From positions 42,286,001 through 42,350,000 of the forward strand of contig CM052817.1 of assembly GCA_028534125.1 (NCBI GenBank): a stretch of 64,000 bases of DNA, read 5' to 3'. Shown here piece after piece: positions 1 through 12,958 of the stretch (position 1 is its first letter; every line of letters begins with the position of its first letter). Position numbers and translations under genes: made by a program. The notes beneath the pieces were generated by a model. It ran no database searches. It saw only the letters and a program-made list of their open reading frames with translations, and was not told the DNA's origin. Source of the stretch: Lama glama (Eukaryota).

Positions 1-418
1 GTAGATCCTTGTCTGTTTTATATACAATAGTGCATATATGTTAATCCCAAATACAAATTTATCCCCCCTTTTCCCTTTGGTAATCATAAGCTTCTTTGCT
101 ATATCTGTGAGTCTATTTCTGCCTTGCAAATAAGTTCATTTGTATCATTTTTTTTAGATTCCATATATAAGTGATATCATATAATATTCTTCTTTGTCTG
201 AATTACTTCACTTAATATGATAATCTCCAGGTCCATTCATGTTGCTAAAAATGGCATTATTTCATTCTTTGTTATGGCTGAGTAATATTCCATTATTTAT
301 GTATACCACATCTTCTTTATCCAGTCATCTGTCCATGGACATTTAGGTTGTTTCCATGTCTTGGCTTATTGTAAATAGTGCTGCTGTGAATATTGGGTGC
401 ATGTTATCTTTTCAAATT
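1..418 (-). mobile_element. LINE-1 3' end (ORF2 C-terminus plus 3' UTR), running off the window start
   Basis: Reverse complement reads as a typical L1 3' sequence (AAAAGATAACATGCACCCAATATTCACAGCAGCACTATTTACAATAAGCCAAGACATGGAAACAACCTAAATGTCCATGGACAGATGACTGGATAAAG). It is similar to the copies at 8300-8560 and 9274-9770. Confidence 0.9.
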
Positions 419-1068
419 CTCCAGGATAGATCACATGCTAGGCCACAAAGCAAGCCTCAGTAAATTTAAGAACATTGAAACCATGTTTAAGCATATTTTC
501 TGACCACAAAAACTATAGGATTAGAAATCAACTATAGGAAAAAAAACTGCAAAATATACAAACACATGGAGTCTAAACAATATGCTACTAAACAATCAAT
601 GGATTCCTGAAGAAATCAAAGAAGAAATCAAAATACCTAGAGATAAATGAATATGAAAACACGACAATTCAAAACCTATGGAACACAGCAAAAGCAGTTC
701 TAAGAGGGAAGTTTGGAGCAATACAAGCTTGCCTCAGGCCACAAGAAAAATCTCAAATAAACAACCTAACCTTACACCTAAAGCAACTAGAGAAAAAAGA
801 ACAAACAAAACCCAAAGATTGTGGAGACAAAGAAATCATAAAAATTAGAGCAGAAATAAATGAAATGGAGACTGAAAAAAAAAAAAGCCCAATAGAAAAG
901 ATAAGTGAAATTAAAAGCTGGTTCTTTGAAAAGATAAACAAAATTGATAGTCTTTTACCCAGACTCATCAACAAAAAAAAGAGAGAGAAAAGGCCCAAGT
1001 CAATGAAACCTGAAATGAAAAAGGAGAAGTTACAACTGATGCCACAGAAATACGAAGGATCATAAGAC
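419..1068 (+). mobile_element. LINE-1 ORF2 fragment (end of endonuclease domain and linker), degenerate
   Basis: TCTCCAGGATAGATCACATGCTAGGCCAC is the SRIDHMLGH motif. ORF 865..1065 contains IEKISEIKSWFFEKINKID, a hallmark ORF2p peptide. Frameshifts and stops are present. Confidence 0.92.
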
Positions 1069-1324
1069 ACAGAGCAATCTTAAACTTCATTTTTACAAGA
1101 AAAGCTAAAAAATCAAGAAAGATGCCAATGTAACATGTAGCTTAGATAATTATATTGATATTATGATAGTGTAGGATCCAAAACTGTGAAAGACAATATG
1201 GAAAGTCAAAACTTGAAGAAGATACTTAACTAAGAAATTGAGCATAGTTCTAAGGAAGTCAACATACATTACCATCATTATTAATATTTTCATCAATAAT
1301 AAAAACCACCATAATCTCCAGAGC

Positions 1325-1480
1325 AACAGCTGTGTGCCAGGCACTGTGCTAGTGACCTTACATGTGTTATTGTAATTCTCAAAACAACTCACTGTCCTTA
1401 TCCCATTTTATGGGTAAGGTGGCTAAGGCTCAGAAAAGCCAAATAATGCCAATGTCACACACATAGGTGGTGAGTGAGTG
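1325..1480 (-). mobile_element. MIR SINE fragment
   Basis: TGTGTGCCAGGCACTGTGCTAG...TTATCCCATTTTATGGGTAAGG..CTAAGGCTCAGA matches the reverse complement of the MIR core. Confidence 0.7.
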
Positions 1481-4400
1481 GTGTTAAGTTCTTTTGAACT
1501 TTAAATAAGTTAAAGTAAAATGTAGTATACCATTTAAATTCTGCTTTACGTTTTAAAATTAATTGACCAATTATATAGAAAATGCACTACTGTTCAGAAT
1601 TCAGTGTTTTAGTTGCAATTTTTAGCCCCCTGGAATGAATTGAGAAAATTATAACAATGAAATTAAATTGCAAAGTCCAACATAGAAATGGGAATTTCTA
1701 GTCAGCTATTATGTAACATAGGAATTACTAGTGACTATTTAAATATAAAATAAATAAAATGTAAGTGTTAAGTATTTTAATAACTTTTTTTGTAAATACT
1801 AGAGTCAGAAAATTATCTGTGGATTTTTGAGGGGCACCTACAGATATTGTACAAGAGCCAAGGCTTAGTAACAATTATAAACATGTATTTTCCTTTAAAA
1901 AAGGAATGAAATATAATTAGTGGTAGAAAATGTATTGACAAGTTACTCTTAATATAAAACTTTTCAAATTGATTGTTACTTCTAATCTCTAAAATCAAAC
2001 TAAAAAGATTTCCATCCAGAGGCTAAGATTATGACACAATTCCAAATTATATTTTCCAAATGTGCTTCATATCAAAATTCATATATACTATAGAAGGGCC
2101 ATAATTTTTAGTTTAGCATACTGTTGGCAGATCATATAATTTATTGTTTAGAATCCCTCTTAAAATCTAGTTCTCAGAATATTTCATCTTCATTTTCGAC
2201 TTCAGTTAAATTTGAATTGAATTTACTGTTTATTCCTTATTTATTCTCTCTTGCTTGAGCTCTCATTTTGATCTATGGAGTAACTGATTCCACTTGTCAA
2301 ATTTATCCTTTGATCTATCTGCAAATAGTGTGCCAAAATCATCCTTTAAAAAGCCCACTGAAATGGTTTTTAAAGTGTCTTCTCGGGTACATTAGTGAAC
2401 ACTGAGGCAAACAGGCTGCCAGACATTACTTTTAAAACTAATCCCCAGCTTGCAGCAGTGAACATCTGCAGGTTGATGGCCTACAGTGTAAGTGGTCCTC
2501 ATGTTCCTTCAACTTCACATGGGGAGGCCAGGGTTTCTCATAACAAAGCTGTTTTTGATCCATTTTTTTTGCTGAATCATCTTGAGAAACTTTCATGTCA
2601 TGGCACACTGACATTATCATTATTACTGTTGTTGGTGTTGTTATTTTGCTGAGAAAATACCTTTTTACCAAATCGTAAGTAACCATGTCTCTCTTATTTC
2701 CAAGGTATCATTCTGTGTACTCCCTCTCATATACAAATACTAATATCAAAATTAATAGTAATGATAAGACAGTTTATGTAACTGAAGGTGTGAGAACAAT
2801 GTCTATATAAACTGTTTTAAAGCTCAAGTTATTACATTTATAGTAGACAGTTCTAATCCTTTGTAAACCACTTATTGCTTTGTTTCTGAAGTTTTTTTAG
2901 GAATACGAAATGGGGAAAAACAAATAATTAATGGCATTAATGAAATTATAACATATGGTCTATAAGATTGCAGGTGAATATCTCTGAATTTAAAAATTAT
3001 TAATACTAGAATTTTTCTTTTTGGTGTGTTGGAAAACATGCATTTAAATACATTTCTGGCTTTTGTTTTTTCTAAATTTTGGTTGGAATGTTTTTCAGTA
3101 AAATTGCACTGAGAGGAAGATAAACCATAATCTTGTCAATAGACTCTTTTATCTGAAGAAAAACACTTAAAAAACTTAATGATGACCAAATAGTCTCTAC
3201 CTTCTAGAAACTTATGATTTGGGGCAGGGGATAAAGTAATGCCTTAAAAATTATAACTCAAAGCAGAGCAAACAAAATTCAGTTAAAAACAAAAACAAAA
3301 AATAAAGCCAGTGGATGGATCCTAATTTCTAATCCAATTTTTCTACCATTGTATGGCCTTGAAATCTATGATAGTGCTGCTTTTGATAAATACTGTATTT
3401 TGAAGAATTAATATAATCTTTTTGCTTTATATTAATTCTTGGTAATATATACACAAAAATATTACAGATAATCTAGACTATATACTAATACTGCAAAGAA
3501 TGGTATATGATATATATAAATGCATGTGTGTGTATATATATATATATCCACAATTATAATTCCACATGAGACAATTGGTAGTTCAAAAAAAATGAGCTAG
3601 GATTAGGATGGGAGAGGTATAAAATAAAAATTAAACATTTTTTCTCGAGCACCCAGTATTTTAAGCAGTCTTAGAGATCCCAAATTTAGAACATAGTTTT
3701 CAATAAATGTATAATCTATTCAAAGGACCAAGAATACATATATAGAAAATAAAATAATGAAATATTTGAATACCAGTTCAAGGCAGTAACAAGAGGTGTG
3801 TAGTGGAAGTGTTGCCTAATTAATTTCCAAATGAATGGTCTAGATATTAATTGCTGTGTGTGTTATCTGGGAAGAGCACATCAAACGGGGAGGTGAGATG
3901 ACAGTTTACAGAGGAAGAAAGATTTGAATTAACCTTGCAGGATTTGTACAGGTAGAAAATGCAGAAGAGCTAACATTTGCTCCAGGACAGTGGCTCAGCT
4001 ATTTACTTCCAAGCTATATGTTGGAAAATAATAGGGAATAAATCTACATCATAGCCATTTCTGAAGTGTCCGTTTCCTCCTACTTTAACATTGGATATTG
4101 TCTTTCTTATGGATCAAAACTAGTATCTGTTTTAATGTTTTTTAAACAAGAATTAGCATCCTAACCTCTCCTTGGCATATATTCTTATTTTCCAATTCTT
4201 TGCCATTTTTGGTAATATGAAACATGCAAAAACTGAAGTACTCTTTGAATAATCTGCAGTGGAGGGTGGACCAGCAGAGGGAGAGAGGGAAAGAGGGAGG
4301 AGAAAGAAGAAATATTAGCTTTGGTTTGTAAAATTCTGAAGCTGTTAACTTGCTGCAGCTATTTTCAGCAGCTTAATTCCTTCAAGAGATGTAGATGTGT

Positions 4401-4929
4401 AGCTAAAGGAGATGTGGCCTTTTTCTTCTAAAGCAGCAGGAGTTTCATAAATCAGCAAAAGAGTAACTGAGAAATGAGAGAAAGAGTGTGAATGAAGATG
4501 ATGATAAAGGAATTTTATCTGTTTTAACTGTTTCTTAGATTGATGATCCAAAAGAAAGTCTTAGGATGACTGTTTATTTAAAAAGAATATGAACAGATAC
4601 TGAATAAAATAAAGAATATTGAGTGGCAAATTTTGAAGAATGAAAGTTTTCTATTAGTTTTATAAACTGAGTTGCAATTGTGCATATTCAAAGAAGACAA
4701 CACTGATATGATAGCTGTTCTAGTCCTTTCCTGATCATAAAATTTTGAATATGGTCATCAGTTGTGTTTCTTATTTTCTAAATATCAGACCATAATTCAT
4801 GAGTTGTAGTATTTACAAATTGATGTATTTTCAGTGAAACTTTGTAGGAATGATACATGTTCACTAACAGAAAGCGGTTTAGTCTGGACTTGGCCAATTT
4901 GTCCAGTGACTGAGGAGATAACTAAAATT

Positions 4930-5090
4930 TATCCCATACCTTCTATGTGCCAGCTATGTTACATTCATTTTCTTACTGTAGTCCTCATACAAAGTAGGTT
5001 CTCCTTTATGTGCATAGGACGTTAACAAAGGTTAAACAGCAGGCAGGTGGTTAAGTTTGAACTCGGAGTTTGATGATATCAAAGCTTTAA
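4930..5090 (-). mobile_element. MIR SINE fragment (highly diverged)
   Basis: CTATGTGCCAG...TTTGAACTCGGAGTTTGATGATATCAAAGC resembles the reverse-complement MIR. Confidence 0.5.
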
Positions 5091-5896
5091 TTTACATTAC
5101 ATGGGGAGTTATTGACTTGTAAAGATATAATCTACCAAGAAGTAAACTCTTGGGGCGTTGAGGACACTGCGATTTTATGTGCATGTTTCTGTGTATATTA
5201 TTACTTATATTTTTTAACCTTCTGTATTGGCTTGCACTTTCCCAGGAAGGACCTCTGCAGAGATAGGGATTATGGCAGTATGGTCACCCACCTGGGACGG
5301 TGACAGCTGCTGCAGCTGAATCCAGCCCTTGTCATCATTAATGACCTGCATTTGACACTTTATCCCAGTCATCTTTGTTTAGTGTACAATATATTGCATT
5401 AGAATAATTACTACCTGTCATCCTCTATTTAACAGAGAGCTCTTAGTCATCCCAGACATGTAAGCATCACATGATCATGTACCACACCCATTGTAGCTCC
5501 TCTGTTCTCATCCCGTTTGTGAGTACCTGTGTCCTCTGTCTTCCTGTTTTTCTCATGATGTTCAAATACCTTTTTTTACCTAAATTGAAACATTTTCATT
5601 CAGTGACTCATATTAAAAGGATTTATATCCCTAGTTTTCAAATATTAGCCAGATGTTTATTAAGGGATAATATTTTCTGAACATAAAGTATGGTCAATGG
5701 ATTTAGAGTCTCTATTCATCCTGCTAAAAATACTGGAGAGCTAGAGTAGAAGTCATAGAAAGAAATAGTACTGCTGACTCAAAGAAAGGATGATGTCCAA
5801 ATCCAAAGGGTTCAAATCATGTACAGAAGGTATTTTAATACCTATATTAAAAACTTTGTTTTAATTTAAAGATCTGAGTTACATCCAAGGACAGTT

Positions 5897-6004
5897 TCTT
5901 TCCTTCCTTCCTTCCTTCCTTCCTTCCTTCCTTCCTTCCATCCTTCCTTCCTTCCTTCCTTCCATCCTTCCTTCTTTCCTTCCTTCTTTCTTTCCTTCCT
6001 TTCT
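5897..6004. repeat. (CTTC)n/(GGAA)n tetranucleotide tract
   Basis: Seen directly. It explains the spurious KEGRK-repeat ORFs at 5847..6069. Confidence 0.97.
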
Positions 6005-6345
6005 TGCATGTAGTTTGAGGGAGACTCAGGGGATTCACTGAATACTGAAATGGAAAGGACCTCCATCATGATTTTAAGTCATCATAATATTATTATATTT
6101 ATTTGAATGGGTTTAGAAATGTCTTTGTCCCGGAGATTGAAAATTGTGACTTTTTTAGACTTGTATGATCTTTGTTTTGCTTAAGACTCTACTCATAGGC
6201 ATCTGTTTTGGTTTATTTTACTTCAGAGAGTTAATCTGAATTTCTGTGTATCTTAATTTGACACTTTAAGAAAACAAAATGTCATGCCTGAAATTTGGAA
6301 TAACATATGCCCTGTATTCATTATGTGATTTACCCTAGCTTTATT

Positions 6346-6426
6346 GTCAGAAGACCAGGTTCAAATATCAGCTTTTGCATTTACCAGCTGATTGGCCTTG
6401 AGCTAGTTTTATAGCCTCTCTGAACC
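6346..6426 (+). mobile_element. MIR SINE fragment
   Basis: GTCAGAAGACCAGGTTCAAATATCAGCT...TTACCAGCTG..GGCCTTGAGC...CCTCTCTGAACC follows the MIR consensus. Confidence 0.6.
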
Positions 6427-7569
6427 TTTTTTTTTTGACAGAATTTTTCAACTGAGGCTTTTTATCTGAATCAGAGAACAGAGAAAACAATTTAAGGGAT
6501 TGTTTTCTCATTCTCCCAAGGCTTCTGCACAACTAATACAGACTTGGCTGAGAAGTCAGCTTGTCATATACAAGAGATGGTTCCAAAGGTCTTAATGCAC
6601 TTGTGGCACCCTGGTTGAGAAAGGCTAATGAGGATAAAAGAAATTTCCACTTCACAAACTTTTGCCACTATGTTTCTCATTAATTGAGAAAAAGCTTTGG
6701 TTTTGTAAGCTAGAGGTGAATGCAGTCAACTAGCAATTTATTTTCTTTAGTTCCCAGATTATCACTTAATGAAAATGAGATTTCTCTGAAGCTAAAATGA
6801 ATTCCTCAAATGTATACCTTCTGGATAAAGTATAACTTCATGGCAACAATGAGTAGAGAGGACAGGACAGAAATATGTTTTCAGATGGGCTTATTCAAAT
6901 CTGTTTGTGGTATTAAGTTTATGTGTATGTTATGTTAAGTTTGGAAAGCAACCTTTTTTTAGAGTTTTGTAACATTTACTGACAAGATACTTAACAGCAG
7001 ATGATAATTACTGTGCATGCCTATACATTTTTGCAATAAGTTGTATCGTCACTCAAAAGTGACCTTGTGAGGTGAAGGGGAAGTCAAGAGAGACATACAA
7101 TGTCTCTTGAGAGCAAGTGGAATGATGCGTATCAGGAGACGACACTAAAGATTTATTGTCTGTGGCAAAGGAAACACGGAGATCTCTGCTTGTGCAATAA
7201 GTGTTTTTGACATCGCCCACAGTAAAAGGTGACTGGAAGCTGTAGGTGAGAAAATATTCTGCTGGAGAAAAATAAGAAACATTTTTATGTTGTTGTTGTT
7301 TGTATTATGAACTTGCCTTGCTATTTAGTTTTTGTAGCACTTAAAAGATGAGGAATGGTCATGTGCCAAACCAATCGTAGTTGTAAATAGAACCTTGCTA
7401 CCCACATAATCAGATTTACCTAATTGAACCAATATGCAAGGCAGATTTAGTTATGAGAGGAGGTAGCAATGCAAAATGGCATAATTATTATTTTTCTTCC
7501 AATTTCATACTTTGCTTATGAATGCTTTCTTTCCTGTTTACATATGCTAGTTTAAAATAAGACAAATGT

Positions 7570-8867
7570 GGACATCCACATAGAAAAGAATGAAATTAGA
7601 ACATTGTCTAATACTATATACAAAAATAAACTCAAAATGGATTAAAGACCTAAATGTAAGACCAGAAACCAAAAAACTAGAGGAAAACATAGGCAGAACA
7701 CTCTTTGACATAAGTTGTAGCAATATATTGGGGGATCTGTTTCCTAAAGCAAAGGAAATAAAACCAAAAATAAACAAATGGACCTAATTATACTAAAAAG
7801 CTTTTGCACAGCAAAGGATGCCATCAACAAAATGAAAGAAAACTTACTGAATGGGAAAAATATTTGCAAATGATATGACCAATAAGGGGTTAATATCCAA
7901 CATATATAAACAACTCATACAGCTCAACATCAAAAAAATGAAACAACCCAATTAAAAAATGGGCAGAAGAACTGAAAAGACATTTTTCCAAAGAGGGAAT
8001 GCAGATTGCCAACAAACACATGAAAAGATGTTCAGTGTCGCTAATCATCAGGGAAATGCAAATCAAAACCACAATGAGATATCAGTTTACACCTGTCAGA
8101 ATGGCTATCATCAAAAAGAACAAAAATAACAAATGTTGGCGAGGATGTAGAGAAAAAGGAACGCTCCTACATGGTGGGAATGTAAATTGGTGTAGCTACT
8201 GTGGAAAACAGTATGGAGGTTTCTCTCAAAATAATAATAAGAACTACCATATGACCCAGTGATTCCACTCCTAGGTGTGTATTTGAAATAACCAAAAACT
8301 AATTTGAAAAGATACATGCACCCCAATGTTCATAGCAGCATTATTTACAAATGTCAAGATATGGAAGCAACCAAAGTGTCCATCAACAGATGAATGGATA
8401 AAGAAGGTGTGGTATAGATACATACCAAAGGAATATTATTCAGCCATAAAAAGAATTATATTTTGTCATTTAAAGCAGCATGGTTAGACTTGGAGGGTAT
8501 TATGCCTAGTGAAATAAGTCAGACAGAGAAAAGCAAATCTTGTATGATATTACTTATATGTGGAATCTAAAAACTACAGCAAACTAGTAAATATAACAAA
8601 AAAGAAGCAGACTCACAGATAGAGAGAACAAGCCAGTGGTTACCAGTGGGGAGAGGGAAGAAGCAATATAAAAGTAGTGGATTAAGAGATACAAACTATT
8701 ACATATAAAATAAGCTACAAGGATATATTGTACAAGATGGGGAATATAACCAATATTTTATAACTATAAGTGGAATATAGTCTTTAAAAATTGTGAATCA
8801 CTATATTGTACATTTGTAACTTACATAATATTGTACATCAACTAGGCATCAATAAAAATTTTTAAAT
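7570..8867 (+). mobile_element. 5'-truncated LINE-1 (ORF2 3' part, 3' UTR and A-rich tail) with an intact target-site duplication
   Basis: ORF2p peptides [18 protein letters not shown] and [28 protein letters not shown] lies at 8851. The direct repeat AAAATAAGACAAATGT occurs at 7554-7569 and 8868-8883, in a TT/AAAA endonuclease context. Confidence 0.96.
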
Positions 8868-9273
8868 AAAATAAGACAAATGTATAACCCATTTAGCTTG
8901 AAATTTGGAGAAAGGAGAATAGTTCTAATGCGAAGAACTGCTTTACTTAGACCATTACCTGGCATAGAGCAAATGCTCAATAAATGTCAACAAATATTTT
9001 CACCATTAATAACAATATATAAGAAATCAGTACATTTCTTCTATTAAAATAATACAGTATGGATGATGGTTGGCTTAAAAATCTGGAACTTGAAATCATA
9101 ATGGAAATTTTGAGGAATACAGTTATTCCATATGTAGATAAATTCCTGCTATATAAAGACACTTTGGGGTATATTCCTAAAAAAATGGATTTCCATATTG
9201 GACTTTTGTACATATTACTTAATGTACTAAGTTGTCTTCTCATTGGAAAGAAATTTGCACCTCTCTACTACTA

Positions 9274-9770
9274 TTTTTTTTTAATTGAGGTATAGTCAAT
9301 TTACAATGTTGTGTTAATTTCTGGAGTATAGCATAGAGATTCAATTATATACATATATATATGTATATATATATATTCATATTCCTTTCATATTGTTTTC
9401 ATTATAGGCCATTACAAGGTACTGAATATAGTTCACTGTGCTATACAGTAGGATCTTGCTGTTTATCTATTTTAATAGATAGTACTTAGTATCTGCAAAT
9501 CCCAAACTCCCAGTTTATCCCTTCACCCATTCTCCCTCCCTTGCTTGGTAACCATAAGTTTGTTTTCTGTGTCTATCAGTCTGTCTCTGTTTTATAAATA
9601 AGTTCATTTGTGTCTTTTTCTCTTTTTTTAGATTCCACATATAAGTGATATCATATGGTAGTTTTCTTTCTATTTCTGATTTACTTCACTTAGCATGACT
9701 GTCTCCAGTTCCATCCACATTGCTGCAAATGGCATTATTTTATTCTTTTTTATGGTTGAGTAGTATTCCA
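9274..9770 (-). mobile_element. LINE-1 3' end (5'-truncated)
   Basis: A poly(T) run is followed by AATTGAGGTATAGTCAATTTACAATGTTGTG...GATTCCACATATAAGTGATATCATATGG, the same family as 1-418. Confidence 0.9.
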
Positions 9771-11427
9771 CTTCCACCTGTCTACCTTCTCATCTTCATC
9801 TGCAGTGAGCCATTCTCTGGAGGAGAGGTGTGGCAGGGGCTGAGAGAACCAGACTCTTCACTGAAGTCACCCTAGTGTGGATGAGTCTGTCTCCAACAAA
9901 GCCACTTGAAACTAAGCCTAAATTCATGAGTTAAATAATTCAGGTAATGTTTGAAAAAACAAGAATTATCTGTTTGAAAAACATTTATGCTTGATTTTAC
10001 AAAGCTTCAGAAGAGAAAATTGTGATGTTACTAGGCAATTGGCAAAACAACTTTGCAATTTGAAATGAACCTCTTTCTTCTTCTGTTTTGACCCGAGTCA
10101 CTCTGTTTGCTGCAACCTCAAGCTCTAGGGAGCAAACACTGGGCTAGAAGGAAGGAGAACTGAAGGGGCAGGAGACCCTGGCAGCAGGGGTGGACATGCT
10201 TAATGTATTTAAAAGATTAATAGTCGATTTAAATTAAAATCGGCAACACAAAGCACGTTGTACCAAACTCACAAATGTATGGGTAACAACCATATGGGCT
10301 ACAGCTTAGGCCAGTGACTTGTTTTTATACTGTGACGGGCATAGAGTAGGGCTTTTTATTCTGAAGGTAGAAAGAAATACCTTTTATTTGTCACACAAAT
10401 TAGAAATAGACACTTAAGTACAAGAACTCATGTTCAGATTTTTTTCTCCCAAGTAGTGCAGTCCATCATTTTTTTGGTGTGGTGCCAGAATACGATACTG
10501 TAAAAAATCTGAACGTTTTTCTCCTACTGCAGCAGTTTAAAATGGTCTTGTGATTTAGTGGTTTTTAATGAGTATAACAGTAGCAATTATTCCTATATAT
10601 AATACAATATATTAACCACCACGGATTACAAAGTAGCAATACTTAAGTTAATGCACTCCTTTTTCAGCAGTATTCAGATTTTTCTGTAGGGACTGAATTG
10701 CTTATAGAGAGCTTGGCATGAAAATACAGAAAGCATTTGGGGTACATTTAATGAGCTTGAATTCTAGAGCTCTCCTCTCTTTCCTGCTTTTCCGCTACAG
10801 TTCTGCAGTTCACAAAAGATACCCTCTGGAGGAAAATATTTTGTAATTTGTATGAGTAGCACTACCAGCAATGTTAGGCTTTGCGAAGCCTCTGGCAGGT
10901 CTTAATTAACTTGATTCAGGCTCAGAATTGAATGACACTCTGCCTTCAGCCTTAGCACAGGAACTTGCCGTTTCATTCAGTGTTCTTTCCTTCTGACCAT
11001 CTCTGTCTAAATGGGCAGTAGCAATGTTTATAACCAACCTCATGAAAGCTTTCACAAAGAGTTGAAACAACAAATTCCTAAAAATAAGGAATGGATAAGG
11101 CAGTCACGTATCAGTGAAAACTAGAATAAAATAGTAACCAGATGTCAAAATAACATTTCTTGTTTTTACTGAAAAGCAATGAAATATTCAAAAATATTAA
11201 GATATTATTAAAACACTAACATAATGCTAAGTAACACGGTTGATGTTCATGACAAACATTTGGCTCAATAGATACTTAATTGCTCAAGTTTTACTTTGTC
11301 AGGGACACATAACATTTTATGATTTCTTTATTTCTGGTATAGATGATGAAACAGAAATCTGTTGTTTGAGAATGGCGCAATCCAGACAGTATCTCTATCA
11401 GGACAGATATGGTCACAAATTAGGGTA

Positions 11428-11572
11428 GGGGAATAGGGGATAGCTCAGTGGTAGAGTGCATGCCCAGCATTCATGAGGTCCTGGGTTCAATCCCTAGTAC
11501 TTCCATTTTTAAAAAATTTAAAAATAAATAAATAAACCTAATCACACACCCCCTCCCACATACACACACACA
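11428..11572 (+). mobile_element. tRNA-Ala(AGC)-derived SINE of the camelid (Vic-1-like) type
   Basis: A-box TAGCTCAGTGG (11441-11451) and B-box GGTTCAATCC (11484-11493), with a mutated AGC anticodon arm. The A-rich AATAAATAAACCTAAT...CCCC tail is as I recall for camelid SINEs. Confidence 0.85.
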
Positions 11573-12619
11573 AAATCAGAGCTGGGAAGAAGTGGCCCGA
11601 GTGGCAGAAAAGTCACTGGCAGATAGACCATTTTCTGTGAATGTACTACAGTGAGAACGTCAATGAATATACGTCCAAAGCAGATAATCAGAAACCACCT
11701 GCCCTAGCCCTGAACATTTATGGATAGTTCAAAGAATCTTCCAGAGAATTTCTTCTCCTGCCCTACGTTGTGCTATTTTAGATAGTTATGTGAAATTGGT
11801 TTTCAAGGAATTTAATTGAGCCAAATCTGAGTCTTTTGAGGTTTTCCTATTACTGGTAATCACCTCATTAAAAACCTGAAATGGGCACCTTGTTTTCTTA
11901 ATGCTCCTGTTGAGACTACAGTGATTGATTCCCGTCCTTTGTAACTGAATTAAAAGCTTAAATTTATGGGTGTTTTTAAACTGTATAAAAATAGGGCTAA
12001 TTCATTTATTAATTTCTTAAGAGTAAAGTGAAAATATTATTGCCAATTCCCTTTTTTTCTGCTTTGTAACAAAGATTAAAATTAGAAATGCCTCCAAAGG
12101 AGTGAATGAACGCACAGTGAAATTATTCGCTTCTTGCTGACTTTGTATCTAGAATTGTGCAAGAGATAGAAAATATAATAATTCTTAATCTTGAATAGTA
12201 CTAGGTGAGAATGATTGTAAGTGCAGAAGGCTTTATAATCCACAGTGCAATAAATAACCAAAGCTTAAAGTGAATTATTTTAAGTATTGTGCAAAATTTT
12301 TAAATTCACTGCTTTCTGATTATTTCATGTGTTAGTTTTTTTTCTCCTTCACTATTTTTTAGGTTTAATAAGAGATTTTATTTCTTTTGCATCATTCTCT
12401 AACCCCTGAGACCAACTTGAATACTGTAGAAATATTTCACTCTTTCTTTCATCATTATAATTGAACTTTTATGAGGAAATTAATTATCTAAAAAGAAAAA
12501 GAAACTTTGATAGAATTAGAAAAATGTGAGAACATTTTGGCTGTTCATTTAGGGTTTGGATGTGAGATTAAGTGAAAAACTTCTCGTGTGGGAATCTTTG
12601 AAGCAGGGTTCCAAAGTGC

Positions 12620-12958
12620 ATGTGTCTCTTGGTATCCAATATCCACAGAGGATTGGTTCCAGAACACACCCCCATCCCCTGCAGATACCAAAAGCTGTGG
12701 ATGCTCAAGTCTCTTACATGAAATGGTGGTATTTGCCTACAACCTACACCCATCCTGCTTATCTTTAAACATCTTTAAATTACTTACTATACCTAATATA
12801 ATGCCTATGTAAGTAGTTGTCAGTGCATAGCAAATTCAAATTTGACTTTTTGGAACTTACTGGAATTTTTAAGAAACCTTTTTGATCTGAGGTTGGTTGA
12901 ATTTGCTGGTGTGGAATCCACGGATACAGAATTTGTGTGATAGGAAGGGCCAAATGTA
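12620..12958 (+). mobile_element. MER2-family (TcMar-Tigger) non-autonomous DNA transposon
   Basis: GGATTGGTTCCAGAAC...GATACCAAAAGCTGTGGATGCTCAAGTC...GATCTGAGGTTGGTTGAAT...CCACGGATAC, with degenerate terminal inverted repeats. Confidence 0.85.

Noticed and set aside
10224..10245. Imperfect palindrome GTCGATTTAAATTAAAATCGGC
   Set aside because: It is short, AT-rich and imperfect, so probably chance or an old DNA-transposon remnant that I cannot assign.
11437..11506. Functional tRNA-Ala gene
   Set aside because: The acceptor and anticodon stems are mutated and a SINE-type A-rich tail follows.
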